Part shown: positions 28,382-39,092 of the stretch, piece after piece
Layout of the letters: each line of letters opens with the position of its first letter
Position numbering within the stretch: position 1 is the first letter of the stretch
Origin: a virus
Direction: 5' to 3' (one strand)
DNA length: 64,000 bases
Virus record (IMG/VR): IMGVR_UViG_3300014502_000004
Location: 1-64,000 of that record
The notes under the pieces: generated by a model
What the model was told of the DNA's origin: nothing
Databases searched by the model: none
What the model saw: only the letters and a program-made list of their open reading frames with translations
Program-made: the position numbers and the translations under genes

Positions 28382-31278
28382 GTCCACCAACTCCCAAGAG
28401 GACGCCTTACAAGCCCATTCAACAGGTGTCTCGGACACCTGTGCAGATACCTCAGACTGAGAGTGAGATCACCAAGCTCTTCTCTAACATCGCACCAGGT
28501 GGATTGAACCTCTCAGCTCTTGGGAATGTGCCTCAGTCAATCTCCGAAGAGGATGTCAAAGCTCTCACCAATGCCAACTTCGCTCTGTGGGCATCCACGA
28601 GTGGCATCAAAGTTGATCACAGACCATTTGATTTTGGACTCCATCGATATCTGTTGCCTCTATACTTAGATCAAGCTCAAGAGATCATCATGATGAAGGC
28701 AGCTCAGATGGGTGCAACCATCTGGGTGCTGCTGCGTTTGCTTCACTTCTGCATGAATAATGATGCCAAGGCATGCCTGTTCTTCCCTACACAAGATGGT
28801 GTCACTCTATTATCTAAAGACCGCATGACACCACTAATTGATTCCAATGCTCAATTGAAAGAAGCTGTGAAGGACTCTGATACATTGGGTTACAAGCAGG
28901 TGGGAGCAAACAGTGCGCTCTACCTACGACACCTTGGTGGCATCGCATCAAAAGATTCTACACCATTCGACATGCTGGCCTTTGATGAGGTGAGGCTTCT
29001 GAATGCAGCTGATATTGATCAGGCTCGTGAACGTGTTAGTCACAGTTCATTCAAGAACATTCTACAGGTCAGCACTGCTGGCTACCCAAACTGTCTTCAT
29101 GGTGATACTAAAGTCGTAGTTCGTAAGAAGTCTAACCGTCAGATTCTTCCAATGTCTATCGCTGATCTTCTTGTAACATATGATCAATATGAGGCCCTGT
29201 CTTACAATAGAAGGGGTGGTAATAGGCCACGATGGAGGTCAATTACTGGAGCAATATGCCGTGGTAAAAGATCCATGGTAAGAGTTGGACTATGGGGTGG
29301 GCATGAGATTCGTTGTACTGCTGATCATTGCTTCGCAACAGAGTGCTCTGTTCCTCGTGGTTTTGGAATCGATTGGTCTCCTATCTCTGAAGTGGAATTG
29401 GTTCCTAATAGATTTGGTGGTTATGTTGGACCAAGTAATGGAGTTCTAGTAGTAAACTCGATACAAGACTATGAAAACAACCGATGGAATGAATTTGTAG
29501 TAGCCGCTCCTTATGACAAACTTACTCTGGCCATGGTGGGAGCTTTTGTGGCTGAGGGGACTCTGGGGCAGAGTGGAGAAGTACAGATCTGGCAGGCTTC
29601 ACACAATTTGCCAATCAGAAATCTAGTAAAAGAGTGGGCTGATTGTCAGGGACTAACTTACCGTGGGAATGCTGAGGGAGTTTTTGTTCAGGCAAGGACA
29701 AGACCTGATCTTGTAGCTTTGTTTAGATCTTGTGGTGAAAATGCTTTGACAAAAGTTATTCCAGAGTCTGTTTTATCTGGAACCCCAGATCAGTTAGATA
29801 TAGTTTTGAACTGGATTATAGAAGGTGATGGTCATAGACGATGTGAGAGAAAGAACTCTCATGAAAGTTGTCGTAAATGGGATATTTATACCTCTAGTGA
29901 GAGGCTTGCTTCACAGCTTAGGTTCATAGGTTTAAGAACCAATAAACCACACTCAATATCTATTAGAGATCGTGACGGAGTACAAAGACAGTTTGTGTTG
30001 TCGTACAATCCGTCTGCGTTTAGAATGCAAGAGGTCTTGCCAGCTCTTGGTCGTCTCGCAGTAGGTGAACGAGTCCCTTGCGAAGATGACTACGCTTTTG
30101 ATCTTGAGATTGAGGAGACCCCATGGTTTGTGCTAGCTGAGAGTGGATGTCTTGTTCATAACAGTGACATACATAAACAATTCCTAAGGGGTACGCAAAA
30201 CTATTTCCACTCAAAATGCAATTGCCCAGACGGAATTGTGTTATCAGATGTATTCCCTGATTGCATCGCTACATCACCAAAGAAGGAAGTCTATTATCGA
30301 TGTCCACGATGCAAGATGAAGATTGTTGATCCACAGAATGGTCGTTACATAGAGCATAACCCTGGTGCGCGAGTACAGAGCTATCACATCCATCAGATGT
30401 TGTCGAAGTTCATCTCTGCTGCCGAGATCTGGGAGGCTTATCAGATCACACAGAACGTCAAGGAGTTCTTCAACGCGAAGCTTGGCAAGCCTTACGTAGA
30501 TGAGGACAACGTTCCTGTCACTGATGATGATCTTTTAGCATGTGAGAACACTGATCTGATGTGGGACCATGGCAAGACTCACACAGCCATGGGTGTAGAT
30601 CAGATGAGTGGTCTTCTCTACATAACCATCTGTCAGCGATTTGGAAACAAGAAGAGAATTGTCCACTATGAGATTGTGGACGATATGAATCATATCTATT
30701 TTGAAGCTGGCAAGAGGCAGCCATCTTTCAAACGTCTCTATCAGCTCATGAAAGAGTTTGACGTAGATCTGTGCATCATTGATGCAATGCCTAACGCTAA
30801 CGAAGCTATGGAGTTCGCACGAGCATTTCCCAAGCGTGTGTTCGTGGCCTGGTACCTTGAGCAACAGCGTGAGGTAGCCCAGTGGGGCGACAGGCCCAAG
30901 CCCAAGGTGGCTGTGAGAAAAGGTGGACCCAAGATCAAATTCAAGCACAGCGTTCTGCTCAGTCGCTACCTCAGCATCGAAATGGCCATGAAAGAGATCG
31001 CTGACCGCAACGTGGAGTGGCCAAATCCCCGAGCCCTTGTGCAGATCTGTCGGAATCAAAAGACAGGACACTTTGAGCCACTACACATCTTTGAGACTCA
31101 CTTCTATCTACATTGCAAGTCCATTGTGAAACAGAAGACTATACTTGATGATGAGACTGGTCGATTCAAGATGGAGTGGGTAAACCTTGGATTAGATCCC
31201 CATTCAGTGCATTCCTGGAATTACTGTAATATTGCTATGGAAAGGCTAAGAAGACAGCCAATCTTTACGATGGTGTAG
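28378..31278 (+). CDS. terL: Terminase large subunit (GpA-like) containing an intein
   Basis: MKAAQMGAT, Walker B LAFDEV, VST, FFNAKLGKPY, nuclease MGVDQ. Confidence 0.9.
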   Translation: MSPPTPKRTPYKPIQQVSRTPVQIPQTESEITKLFSNIAPGGLNLSALGNVPQSISEEDVKALTNANFALWASTSGIKVDHRPFDFGLHRYLLPLYLDQAQEIIMMKAAQMGATIWVLLRLLHFCMNNDAKACLFFPTQDGVTLLSKDRMTPLIDSNAQLKEAVKDSDTLGYKQVGANSALYLRHLGGIASKDSTPFDMLAFDEVRLLNAADIDQARERVSHSSFKNILQVSTAGYPNCLHGDTKVVVRKKSNRQILPMSIADLLVTYDQYEALSYNRRGGNRPRWRSITGAICRGKRSMVRVGLWGGHEIRCTADHCFATECSVPRGFGIDWSPISEVELVPNRFGGYVGPSNGVLVVNSIQDYENNRWNEFVVAAPYDKLTLAMVGAFVAEGTLGQSGEVQIWQASHNLPIRNLVKEWADCQGLTYRGNAEGVFVQARTRPDLVALFRSCGENALTKVIPESVLSGTPDQLDIVLNWIIEGDGHRRCERKNSHESCRKWDIYTSSERLASQLRFIGLRTNKPHSISIRDRDGVQRQFVLSYNPSAFRMQEVLPALGRLAVGERVPCEDDYAFDLEIEETPWFVLAESGCLVHNSDIHKQFLRGTQNYFHSKCNCPDGIVLSDVFPDCIATSPKKEVYYRCPRCKMKIVDPQNGRYIEHNPGARVQSYHIHQMLSKFISAAEIWEAYQITQNVKEFFNAKLGKPYVDEDNVPVTDDDLLACENTDLMWDHGKTHTAMGVDQMSGLLYITICQRFGNKKRIVHYEIVDDMNHIYFEAGKRQPSFKRLYQLMKEFDVDLCIIDAMPNANEAMEFARAFPKRVFVAWYLEQQREVAQWGDRPKPKVAVRKGGPKIKFKHSVLLSRYLSIEMAMKEIADRNVEWPNPRALVQICRNQKTGHFEPLHIFETHFYLHCKSIVKQKTILDDETGRFKMEWVNLGLDPHSVHSWNYCNIAMERLRRQPIFTMV
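29092..30162 (+). mobile_element. Intein (357 aa) with LAGLIDADG-type endonuclease
   Basis: Starts CLHGDT, block B CTADH, GAFVAEG and WIIEGDG, ends LVHN followed by Ser. Confidence 0.92.
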
Positions 31279-31291
31279 AAGGAGATGACAG

Positions 31292-31762
31292 ATGTTAGGT
31301 GATACAATGGGACTTCCAAATCAACCAGATGCAGAAATAGACAAGAAGGAGAACAAGATGTCATACGACTTCAAGAATGTTCCCATTGCGGAGTGTTTCA
31401 AGCTGGAGTTCTTCGCAATGATTTGCAAGAGATGTGGAGCAACACATCCATTCTATGTCAATCACAAGGGACAGCCTGTGTTTCCTTGGGGCTTGCCTGA
31501 TTCTGCTGTGGCCAAATTCTGTCAGGATAATGATCTGACCCTACAGGACATAATTCAGAACAACTGTTTCGTGTGCAGCTGTGGCTTCCCCATTCGCTTC
31601 CCTGGTGTGGACGAGAAGGAGAGGAAGGCTGACAACAAGGAGAAGGCAGCCAAGCTCAAGCGTCGGGGCTCAGGCAGGCGAGTCATCTCCCCAAAGCTAT
31701 CTGTGGTCACTGAGGCTCAAGCCAAGAAGATTCTTGAGGCAGGCGAGAAGGCTACTAAATGA
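31292..31762 (+). CDS. Hypothetical Zn-binding protein
   Basis: CKRC...CSC; AGGAG RBS. Confidence 0.6.
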   Translation: MLGDTMGLPNQPDAEIDKKENKMSYDFKNVPIAECFKLEFFAMICKRCGATHPFYVNHKGQPVFPWGLPDSAVAKFCQDNDLTLQDIIQNNCFVCSCGFPIRFPGVDEKERKADNKEKAAKLKRRGSGRRVISPKLSVVTEAQAKKILEAGEKATK

Positions 31763-31971
31763 ACATCTCTTATGAGACTTTGAAGAGGATCGAGGCACAA
31801 CTAGATCGTCTAGAGGGGCTTATACCCAATGCTGGCCACAAAGATTGTCAACACAGGGAAGCATGGCTTTTGGCAGGTTGGAGACCAAATGACATTGGGG
31901 ACAATTGGATCAATCTCCATGGTGATGAGATTACTTATGCAACAGTTTTAGCCACAATGCCAAAGCATTGA
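31759..31971 (+). CDS. Hypothetical protein
   Basis: ATGA overlap. Confidence 0.5.
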   Translation: MNISYETLKRIEAQLDRLEGLIPNAGHKDCQHREAWLLAGWRPNDIGDNWINLHGDEITYATVLATMPKH

Positions 31972-31980
31972 TTATTGGTC

Positions 31981-32484
31981 ATGTATATCATAAATACAGA
32001 TGCAAGTATTGAGCCCTGCAATCCAGGTGGAGTAATGGCATGGGCTTTCATCGTTCGCAGTATTGGTAAAGAGAAAGGTGAGATCTATAGGGCTTCAGGT
32101 ATTTCAGGGAGAGGACCAGAGACAACTAATAATATATCAGAGTACCTTGCAGTGATTGCTGCTATTCTGTGGCTACTTAAGATGCCAGAGGAGAAACGTC
32201 AACCTGTGATCATACAGTCTGACTCACAGCTCATCGTGAAACAATGCTCTGGTGTGTGGGATTGCAAGGATGAGGAGCTTCGCAAACTACACAAGCTGGT
32301 CTTGGCTGGTGTGAACAGGTTTGGCAAGTCAATTACATTCAAATGGATACCACGAGACAAGAACGCTGAGGCCGACGAGCTATCACGTAATCCATACAAC
32401 AATAATGAAGTACAAGAAGAGATTAAAGCAATACACGAGCATAAGTTTGAAGAGAACTATAAAGACGACGATCTGTCCTGGTGA
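31981..32484 (+). CDS. rnhA: Ribonuclease HI-like protein
   Basis: NTDAS..NPG, TNNISEY, SDSQL, WIPRDKNAEADELS. Confidence 0.9.
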   Translation: MYIINTDASIEPCNPGGVMAWAFIVRSIGKEKGEIYRASGISGRGPETTNNISEYLAVIAAILWLLKMPEEKRQPVIIQSDSQLIVKQCSGVWDCKDEELRKLHKLVLAGVNRFGKSITFKWIPRDKNAEADELSRNPYNNNEVQEEIKAIHEHKFEENYKDDDLSW

Positions 32485-32487
32485 TTT

Positions 32488-32748
32488 GTGCCTAAAGAAC
32501 CATGCCACAAGCCTAAGCCTTTTGAATATGGTTCAGTTAATGATTCGCGTGGCAAGTTCATGCGGAAACTTGAGAAGGTCAAGAAGGCTATCATACGGGC
32601 AGCCAAAGGCAGAGTGTGTGGGGACTGCAAGTTTTACTTCAGATTTGGATGCTCCAAGTTCAGTAGTGAGATGACAGGATCAGACCTGGAGTGCCATGAG
32701 ACCAGCGTGGCCTGCAAGAGCTTTGAGGTACACGACAGTACCCCTTGA
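32488..32748 (+). CDS. Hypothetical Cys-rich protein
   Basis: CGDCKF...C...AC. Confidence 0.5.
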   Translation: MPKEPCHKPKPFEYGSVNDSRGKFMRKLEKVKKAIIRAAKGRVCGDCKFYFRFGCSKFSSEMTGSDLECHETSVACKSFEVHDSTP

Positions 32749-32780
32749 CTTCCTACTTATCTAATGTTACACCTGTTACA
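32745..32780 (+). promoter_or_regulatory. Sigma70-like promoter with TGTTACACCTGTTACA element
   Basis: TTGACT-N17-TACACC; same 16-mer as at 3527. Confidence 0.6.
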
Positions 32781-32795
32781 TAGGGTGCAACGTAA

Positions 32796-33500
32796 ATGTC
32801 CAGAACTCCAGTCAAATCCAAGCCCATTGCATCTCGCTCCATAGCTGGTCCACAGCTGGTCAACATACCCAAAAAGAAGCCCTCTGGGATCAAACCAGCC
32901 AAGGCTTCTAGAGAAGAGATTGAAGATCGCAGAAAGCAAGTTGGCCGATTGAGAATGCGTGGTCTAGGCTATCGCTCCATTGCTAAGCTTCTAGGTGTTG
33001 GTTTCATGACCGTGAAGCGTGACCTTGAAGCCATACGTGAGGATAACAAGAAACGAGTTAGTGCTTTTGAACAAGAGCAACATTTAGGTGAGAGTCTTTC
33101 GGTGTTTGAAGAGTGTGAACTAAGAGCTTGGCAGGATTACCACGAGGCTGGAGCCGGGACCATACAACGCAAACACTTCCTCGACACTATACAGGATGCT
33201 AGAAACAATCAGATCAAACTACTGACTGATGTTGGGCTCATTAGCAAAGAGCCTGCAAAGGTCGATGTGAGAGTTAGATCTGAATTGATACAGCATTGGT
33301 CGCCAGAGGCACAGGCTTTAGTTGCTATGGCGATCCTCAAGTCCAAACTACCAGCTGCAGCAGAACCGATACCAGATAGAAATTTGATTGAAGCTCACTC
33401 AAACAATGTAATTGATATAGAGGAAGAATCAGATGCCACCGAAGAGCCAGTCATTCCAGCAACCCAAGCTGCCCCTGCTGCTGGCTCACCTCACGAGTGA
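32796..33500 (+). CDS. Probable terminase small subunit (HTH)
   Basis: RRKQVGRLRMRGLGYRSIAKLLGVGFMTVKRDL, helical body, KLL..GL...PAKVDV; near terL. Confidence 0.65.
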   Translation: MSRTPVKSKPIASRSIAGPQLVNIPKKKPSGIKPAKASREEIEDRRKQVGRLRMRGLGYRSIAKLLGVGFMTVKRDLEAIREDNKKRVSAFEQEQHLGESLSVFEECELRAWQDYHEAGAGTIQRKHFLDTIQDARNNQIKLLTDVGLISKEPAKVDVRVRSELIQHWSPEAQALVAMAILKSKLPAAAEPIPDRNLIEAHSNNVIDIEEESDATEEPVIPATQAAPAAGSPHE

Positions 33501-34033
33501 GCTGAAGAAGTCTGGCATTCATGTTACCAATCTGACTCTGGATAGCACCAGAGATCCCCATACCCATGTTGCTAAGAATACTCTACACCTAGAGCTTGTG
33601 CTGATCAAACTCGATCCGTTAGCACCTACGTACATTTCTCACAACTATCGTTGTCAAATGAATGTTGATCTAGTCAAGTACGAAATACCACAACAATCAA
33701 TGTCACTCGTACCACTTGTGTCGATTCCTCTCATGAAGCCAGGCGAAATGGTTGATCGAGTAGTCGACCCAAACAAGTTGGCTGGTTGGATGCCACCAAA
33801 GATCGACATGAAAGGAAAGCCTCTCACAGAAGAGGACATGGAAGAGGCAATCCGATTGGCGGCTGGACAGGAGCCATATTCAGACCCACGCTATAGTAGC
33901 TACATACCAGCCAAATCTACACATCACTGTGATGGTACTAATGTGAAAGCAAAGCCTAAGAAGAAGCCACCTAAGCGTACTGATACATACTGGAACATAC
34001 GTGGCAAACCAAAGACCACAAAGCCAGCAAAGT

Positions 34034-34603
34034 AAACCAATGCGTGGCTTCAAACGTGGTGATCGTGTGCAGGTGCGCGGAGGCAGCGTGCTGCTTGGGG
34101 CATACGGTACAGTCGTGTCGGATGCAGGTCGAGGCTATGGCAAGGTGGACGTGATATTCCATGGTCATCCCAGACCACGATTGATGGATGCTTCACGATT
34201 GGTGGTGACTGAGGAATCAACACCAACTAGAGAAGATGAAATGAAGGCATTACTGGCCAATCTACCACAGCCAGTGAAGCCTGTGAGCATACTATCTCCG
34301 CTCAACAGTGGTCCAACTCCACAACCAACAAAGCCATACACAGTAGCACCTAAGACACAATGGCAAATAGACAACGAGAATAGAGAACGCGAGCAAGCAA
34401 AAGTAACTCGTGAAGCAAGAGAGAAGCAGGTAGCTACATACAAGCAAGCCAAGGTCAAAGCCAAGGAAGTGCTGGCACGATTGAAGGAAGCATACCCCAC
34501 ACAAGCTGACTTAGATCGTGAGGAAGCATTCATACACATGAACTATGAAGTGTGGAAACGAAAGAACAAAGAACGATTGCAGCACGCCTATTGGAGCAAA
34601 TGA
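34034..34603 (+). CDS. KOW/SH3-like domain protein (start approximate)
   Basis: FKRGDRVQVRGG...GAYGTVV. Confidence 0.5.
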   Translation, partial: KPMRGFKRGDRVQVRGGSVLLGAYGTVVSDAGRGYGKVDVIFHGHPRPRLMDASRLVVTEESTPTREDEMKALLANLPQPVKPVSILSPLNSGPTPQPTKPYTVAPKTQWQIDNENREREQAKVTREAREKQVATYKQAKVKAKEVLARLKEAYPTQADLDREEAFIHMNYEVWKRKNKERLQHAYWSK

Positions 34604-34727
34604 ACATGAAAGTTATCTACATTGCAGGTCCATTCCGAGACAAGCAAGGATTGATCGTACAATGCAATCAGCAATGGCTGCGACAGAGGAAATGGCTAAC
34701 AGAGCGACAAAGTTGCGAGGGTGATTC

Positions 34728-35897
34728 ATGTCATACAAGATAGGTAAATTGCCACTAATACAAGTCAAGACAGAGTTTGAAGAGCACAACACTACACTGA
34801 AGGACACAATAAACAAAGCCATACATGCAGCGATGCTCAAAGGGTATCAGCCAACTATTCCGGCTCCCCAAAGGGTATCAACGCCTCCTAACTATCCAAA
34901 TCCACCACTACATACAACTCAATTAGAGGTGGGCAGAGTAGTGATATACAAGCCATACCCAAACAGTGTTGAAGAGCATACAGCAACGATTGTTGCAGGC
35001 CCATTTGATACACCATATGGTAAGTCTGACCCGGGATGGCAGATTAGACCAAACCATGGTGGCTCACCATACACGGTCCCACAAAGCAAGCTAATACTAA
35101 CACCAACACCATACATACAAGCTTCAACACCACGAACGCCAGAGCAGCAAGACAAGATAACACAAATCATACAGTTAATGCAGAACGGTCTCATTACAAA
35201 GGAGAAGGCAACAGAGCTTCTAAAGCCGCTTGGCTATTTCTTCACTCTGCCGCCTGCCATACCAGCCGAACCAGCTCCACAAGCCACCATACAAGCCCCC
35301 CAGAAGCCCCCACAAGCCACGCAAGCCATACATACAAGCCCGCTCACCGCTCGGGTGAAGCAAAGGGCTTTGAGAGCCTTTTGGGGCGCCGCAGAGGTTT
35401 CTAGAAACAAAGGCATACATACACAAGCCGCTTTAAAAGCCACATCTGAATGCCCCGGCTTAGACCATTTAAAAGCCGCCATACAAGCCACGAAAGCTCC
35501 ACATACAACTAACTCACAGGACATACGCAATCTAATAGCCCAATACCATGACCATACACTAAACACTTACCCGTTCCCATGTGGGTCAATCATACAAGTC
35601 GCACTCGATGCTTTGAATCCAGCTCAGCTTAATATCGAGGCCCGTGTGCTATTCGATTACCTGCAACGGATATCTTGCCAACTAGGTTACTACATACATA
35701 CTTCATTTGAGGAAACATCTAAGATTGGTGCCGAGGAATTGATTCGAAGGATAGAAGATTACCTCACACCATACATCCAAAATTGTCTATGTGGCCCACT
35801 TTACGGCATACCAATTGAGATAACCATACAATGGCACCTTCACGTTTTCGATCATGCAAGCGAAGTTCTGCAGGTCAAGCTATCGACGAACCACTAG
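34728..35897 (+). CDS. Hypothetical protein running through the repeat region
   Basis: 389-aa ORF with RBS; SH3-like block similar to ORF 38646. Confidence 0.45.
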   Translation: MSYKIGKLPLIQVKTEFEEHNTTLKDTINKAIHAAMLKGYQPTIPAPQRVSTPPNYPNPPLHTTQLEVGRVVIYKPYPNSVEEHTATIVAGPFDTPYGKSDPGWQIRPNHGGSPYTVPQSKLILTPTPYIQASTPRTPEQQDKITQIIQLMQNGLITKEKATELLKPLGYFFTLPPAIPAEPAPQATIQAPQKPPQATQAIHTSPLTARVKQRALRAFWGAAEVSRNKGIHTQAALKATSECPGLDHLKAAIQATKAPHTTNSQDIRNLIAQYHDHTLNTYPFPCGSIIQVALDALNPAQLNIEARVLFDYLQRISCQLGYYIHTSFEETSKIGAEELIRRIEDYLTPYIQNCLCGPLYGIPIEITIQWHLHVFDHASEVLQVKLSTNH

Positions 35898-36350
35898 AAG
35901 ATCATCTGTCGTCTTACCACATACACTCACATACACGCTCTGCCATCACATACAAGCACCACTACAATCGAGCAGTACAAGCCGTCAATTACCTTCACCA
36001 TACAAGGTCTCTGTCGCTAGCTTGTCGAACCGGGTTTCAAGCTCCGGCCCTTCTCATACAAGGTCATACAATAGAATCTAGAATCTTCACTGATCTTGAA
36101 GATCTTAATCATCTTCCATACATACATAATCGTCACTCTCACTACGAACGATAAAAGCCACAAGCTAGTTCACCATACAAGCCGTCAAAGCATCGGCACC
36201 ATACATACACTAGTCGTTTCAAGCTTGAACTGTTACTTTGCTTCACTCGATACACCATACATACAAGTCCAATCATACAGTAAGACAAAGCGAAGTAAAT
36301 CCCCCATCATACATACATGCATTCGCATTGCATAACGAATTGCATACGAC
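34732..36350 (+). repeat. Dispersed same-strand CATAC(AA/ATAC) short-repeat array
   Basis: Hand count of about 30 or more CATAC, many as CATACAAG(CC). Confidence 0.8.
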
Positions 36351-37109
36351 ATTGCAAAGCATCGCATTAGAGCACATTACAGAGCAAGCTCTTTCACAAG
36401 TCAAAAGCATCGCATTAGGTCGCATTGCATTGCCAGTCTAAGGGGCTACCTCAGGAGACAAGGACAGAACAGAGTCAAAGGAGAGACAAGCTCCACACCA
36501 GTCAAGGGAAGAAGAGCAGAGACAAGGGAGCGAAGGACACAAGCCTACCAGGGCAAGCTCCACAAGCAAGGAAGCAAGGCAAGCCTTCCTCCATGAGAGA
36601 CAAGACAAGGAAGGCCACTAGAAGGCAAGCCAGGGTTATTGAGAGCCCATTCTATTCGGTCCAGAGCTATCCTCTAGACTATCCTCCTCAATTGGCCCCA
36701 AGAGCCAGAGCGATTCACCCTCTCACGCGAGGGTGGGGGTCTGATAAGCACGTCAGGCCCTAGACCACCCTTAGCCACAGGACTTCCCAAGAGATGGTGG
36801 TTTTTAATAGGTTTACCCTGTTGGCCAGACCAGGATGACCCTTTAAATGCAGCTCCTGGTAACCCACTTTAAATGCCCCTACCCACGAATTCCCTAAAAG
36901 CACCCTTTCGTTTGGGCCAGAAAATATAATGTAGATTTTATTGTGATTTTGTTCTGCTAATAAAGATGGTTTTAATATGATATTCTAGAATCGTCATGTG
37001 CAGAAGGAATGCACATCTAGAATCTTGATGAGTTATTTAAATAGCGATGCCCAGGAACTTGAATAAGCGATATCGGTTCTTAAAGGTAGGTCACCCCCAG
37101 AGGAAATGC

Positions 37110-37140
37110 TGTAAAACGATGGGTTGGGTTGTACTATAGG
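37110..37140 (+). promoter_or_regulatory. Phage-specific promoter motif, copy 2
   Basis: TGTAAAA-N12-TTGTACTATAGG. Confidence 0.75.
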
Positions 37141-37155
37141 GTCTGGAGAGTAGAC

Positions 37156-37569
37156 ATGACTAGGAATACGAAGATACTAGGGATTTCAGTGAGCCGGTTG
37201 AGGAGGGTTCGATGCTACCTGACCCTGAAGGGAGCCCACAGGCTAAGTGCCTGCTCGCCTGCCATGAAGCAGTGGAAGAGAGAGGGGTGGGGGAAGATAG
37301 AGGCAGGATGGATTCTGGAGAGGTTCATCAAACACTGCCCATGGTGTTTTGCCACGAACGCTCATGATTTACTGAATAGATGTAGATGGGGTAACGGGGG
37401 TAGAGATTATAGATGGCTTGAAGGTACTGACCTATGCACCTGCGAAAACTGGGGTAACAGGAACATGGTTGAGAGAGCCAGCAAAGCTGAGAAAGAGAAG
37501 CTCACTTTGCTATTGAGAGCTGTCATTATCAGGGCAAGTGAGAGTCTTGTAGATGAGCCGGACCTGTGA
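37156..37569 (+). CDS. Hypothetical protein
   Basis: GGAG RBS, ATG 37156 just downstream of promoter. Confidence 0.5.
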   Translation: MTRNTKILGISVSRLRRVRCYLTLKGAHRLSACSPAMKQWKREGWGKIEAGWILERFIKHCPWCFATNAHDLLNRCRWGNGGRDYRWLEGTDLCTCENWGNRNMVERASKAEKEKLTLLLRAVIIRASESLVDEPDL

Positions 37570-37898
37570 GGATGAGACAGATGAAGATCTACAAGTACGA
37601 ATTGAAGAGAGACTATGGGAAACAGATCATCATCATGCCGGCTACTTCTATTCCTTTCAGTTTTGGCCATGACCCAACAGGTCAGATTTGTGTCTGGGCT
37701 CATGTTGAAGAACCTAACTTCAAAAATGGTGATGCCCCTCAGATGGAGCATGTCTTCTTTGTGGGTCTGACAGGACAGGATGGACCTGAGCTTCCAGGGG
37801 ATATTCTGCGGCGATCCCTGGTGAATCTTGGAACCGTGAACGATGGTGGTTTCATGCTTCATTGTTTCTACCTTGGACGAAGAGAGAAACAGGGATGA
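37566..37898 (+). CDS. Small phage protein
   Basis: KIYKYEL...MP...ICVWA.V...TG...LGTV..GGF.LH pattern of a widespread phage family. Confidence 0.65.
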   Translation: MRMRQMKIYKYELKRDYGKQIIIMPATSIPFSFGHDPTGQICVWAHVEEPNFKNGDAPQMEHVFFVGLTGQDGPELPGDILRRSLVNLGTVNDGGFMLHCFYLGRREKQG

Positions 37899-38645
37899 GA
37901 AGCTTGGTTTTGATGCTACTCGTCACTCAACCCGTGATCAAAGAGTACGATTGCGGGAAGCCCATCTATGACGAAGATGCTACCTGCGTGAAGATCTGCA
38001 TGAACCAACTCAAGAAGAAGGTTTATGCCGTGAAGCCTTTGTCCTGGCCAGTCACAGATGCAGAGAAAGAAGCTGTTCCTCAAGGCAGGGTCTGCGCCTG
38101 CTACACGGAGCGAGTGCTGATTGTCGATGGAATTGTGCCAACGTCTGAGATGCCACCAGAGGTGATCAAATGAGAGCCTGCGAGAAGTGCCATGGTCCAG
38201 GCCCCTGTCTCTGGTCCAATGACCACCAAGACTACGGAGAGAGAGATGAAGTGCCACGCTGGGATGGAGACCCCAAGAAATGAAGTCCCTGGAAGAGATA
38301 GCCAGGGAGGCAGTCTGGCAAGTTCCAGCCTTCCGGAGCGCGGTCCGGGACCGTATTTTCCAGCTCTGGAAGCTAGGGTCTGAGGCCAGAAAACAGGGTC
38401 AAATTGAGCAGGCTGACGACCTGTTCAGGGAGGCAGCCGAGCTGACGGCTGCCTGGCAGATCTACAGCCCGGAGGAGCTGTGATGGACACCAGATACGGG
38501 GTGATGAAGACCGAGTGCTGGCCCTGTGAGTGGTACGGAGGTCCGATCTTCAACGGGCAGAAGGTCAGCAACTGGACCTGCTACTACTGGCGAACCTGGA
38601 ACGAGGCTCAGAGCTACTGTGACAAGATGAACAAGAGGCTGGACA

Positions 38646-39086
38646 ATGATCATAGATCAGAAGTCTGATCTCAAGCTTCTCCGCAAGGCCATCAACTCCA
38701 GTCTTCGGATGGGTTGCATCGTCAACATGCCAGATGAGGACGAAGCTCGTCTGATTCGGATTCTGGTGGACATCGAAGATGAGCTGACAGGTCACAAGGA
38801 ACCAAAGTTCAAGATCGGTAGCAGAGTGAGTCATGGACCACCTCACAGCAAAGGACCAAGAAGGTTTGGTGGGATCGTGGAAGGACCATTTGATAACGGT
38901 CCTTATGGTCCGTCATGGAAAGTGGAGCTGCTACCTGACGATGATCATCCCAGAGAGATCATCAACGTACCTGAAGAACACTTGCAGCAGAGATGCAACT
39001 GCTGTGAGAGAGGCGATGAGTACAACGGATTTCACACAGGGCCTCATCTTTTCGAGTGCCCCAAACAATGTGCCTGTCACGACTAG
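38646..39086 (+). CDS. SH3-like domain protein
   Basis: KFKIGSRV...GIVEGPFD. Confidence 0.55.
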   Translation: MIIDQKSDLKLLRKAINSSLRMGCIVNMPDEDEARLIRILVDIEDELTGHKEPKFKIGSRVSHGPPHSKGPRRFGGIVEGPFDNGPYGPSWKVELLPDDDHPREIINVPEEHLQQRCNCCERGDEYNGFHTGPHLFECPKQCACHD

Positions 39087-39092
39087 GAGATC

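Noticed and set aside
34732-36350. Possible CRISPR array
   Set aside because: Repeats are only 5-10 bp and irregularly spaced; no cas genes in the window
36425-36763. 112-aa ORF and neighbouring ORFs at 35831-36441
   Set aside because: Low-complexity translations of repeat DNA without RBS; probably non-coding
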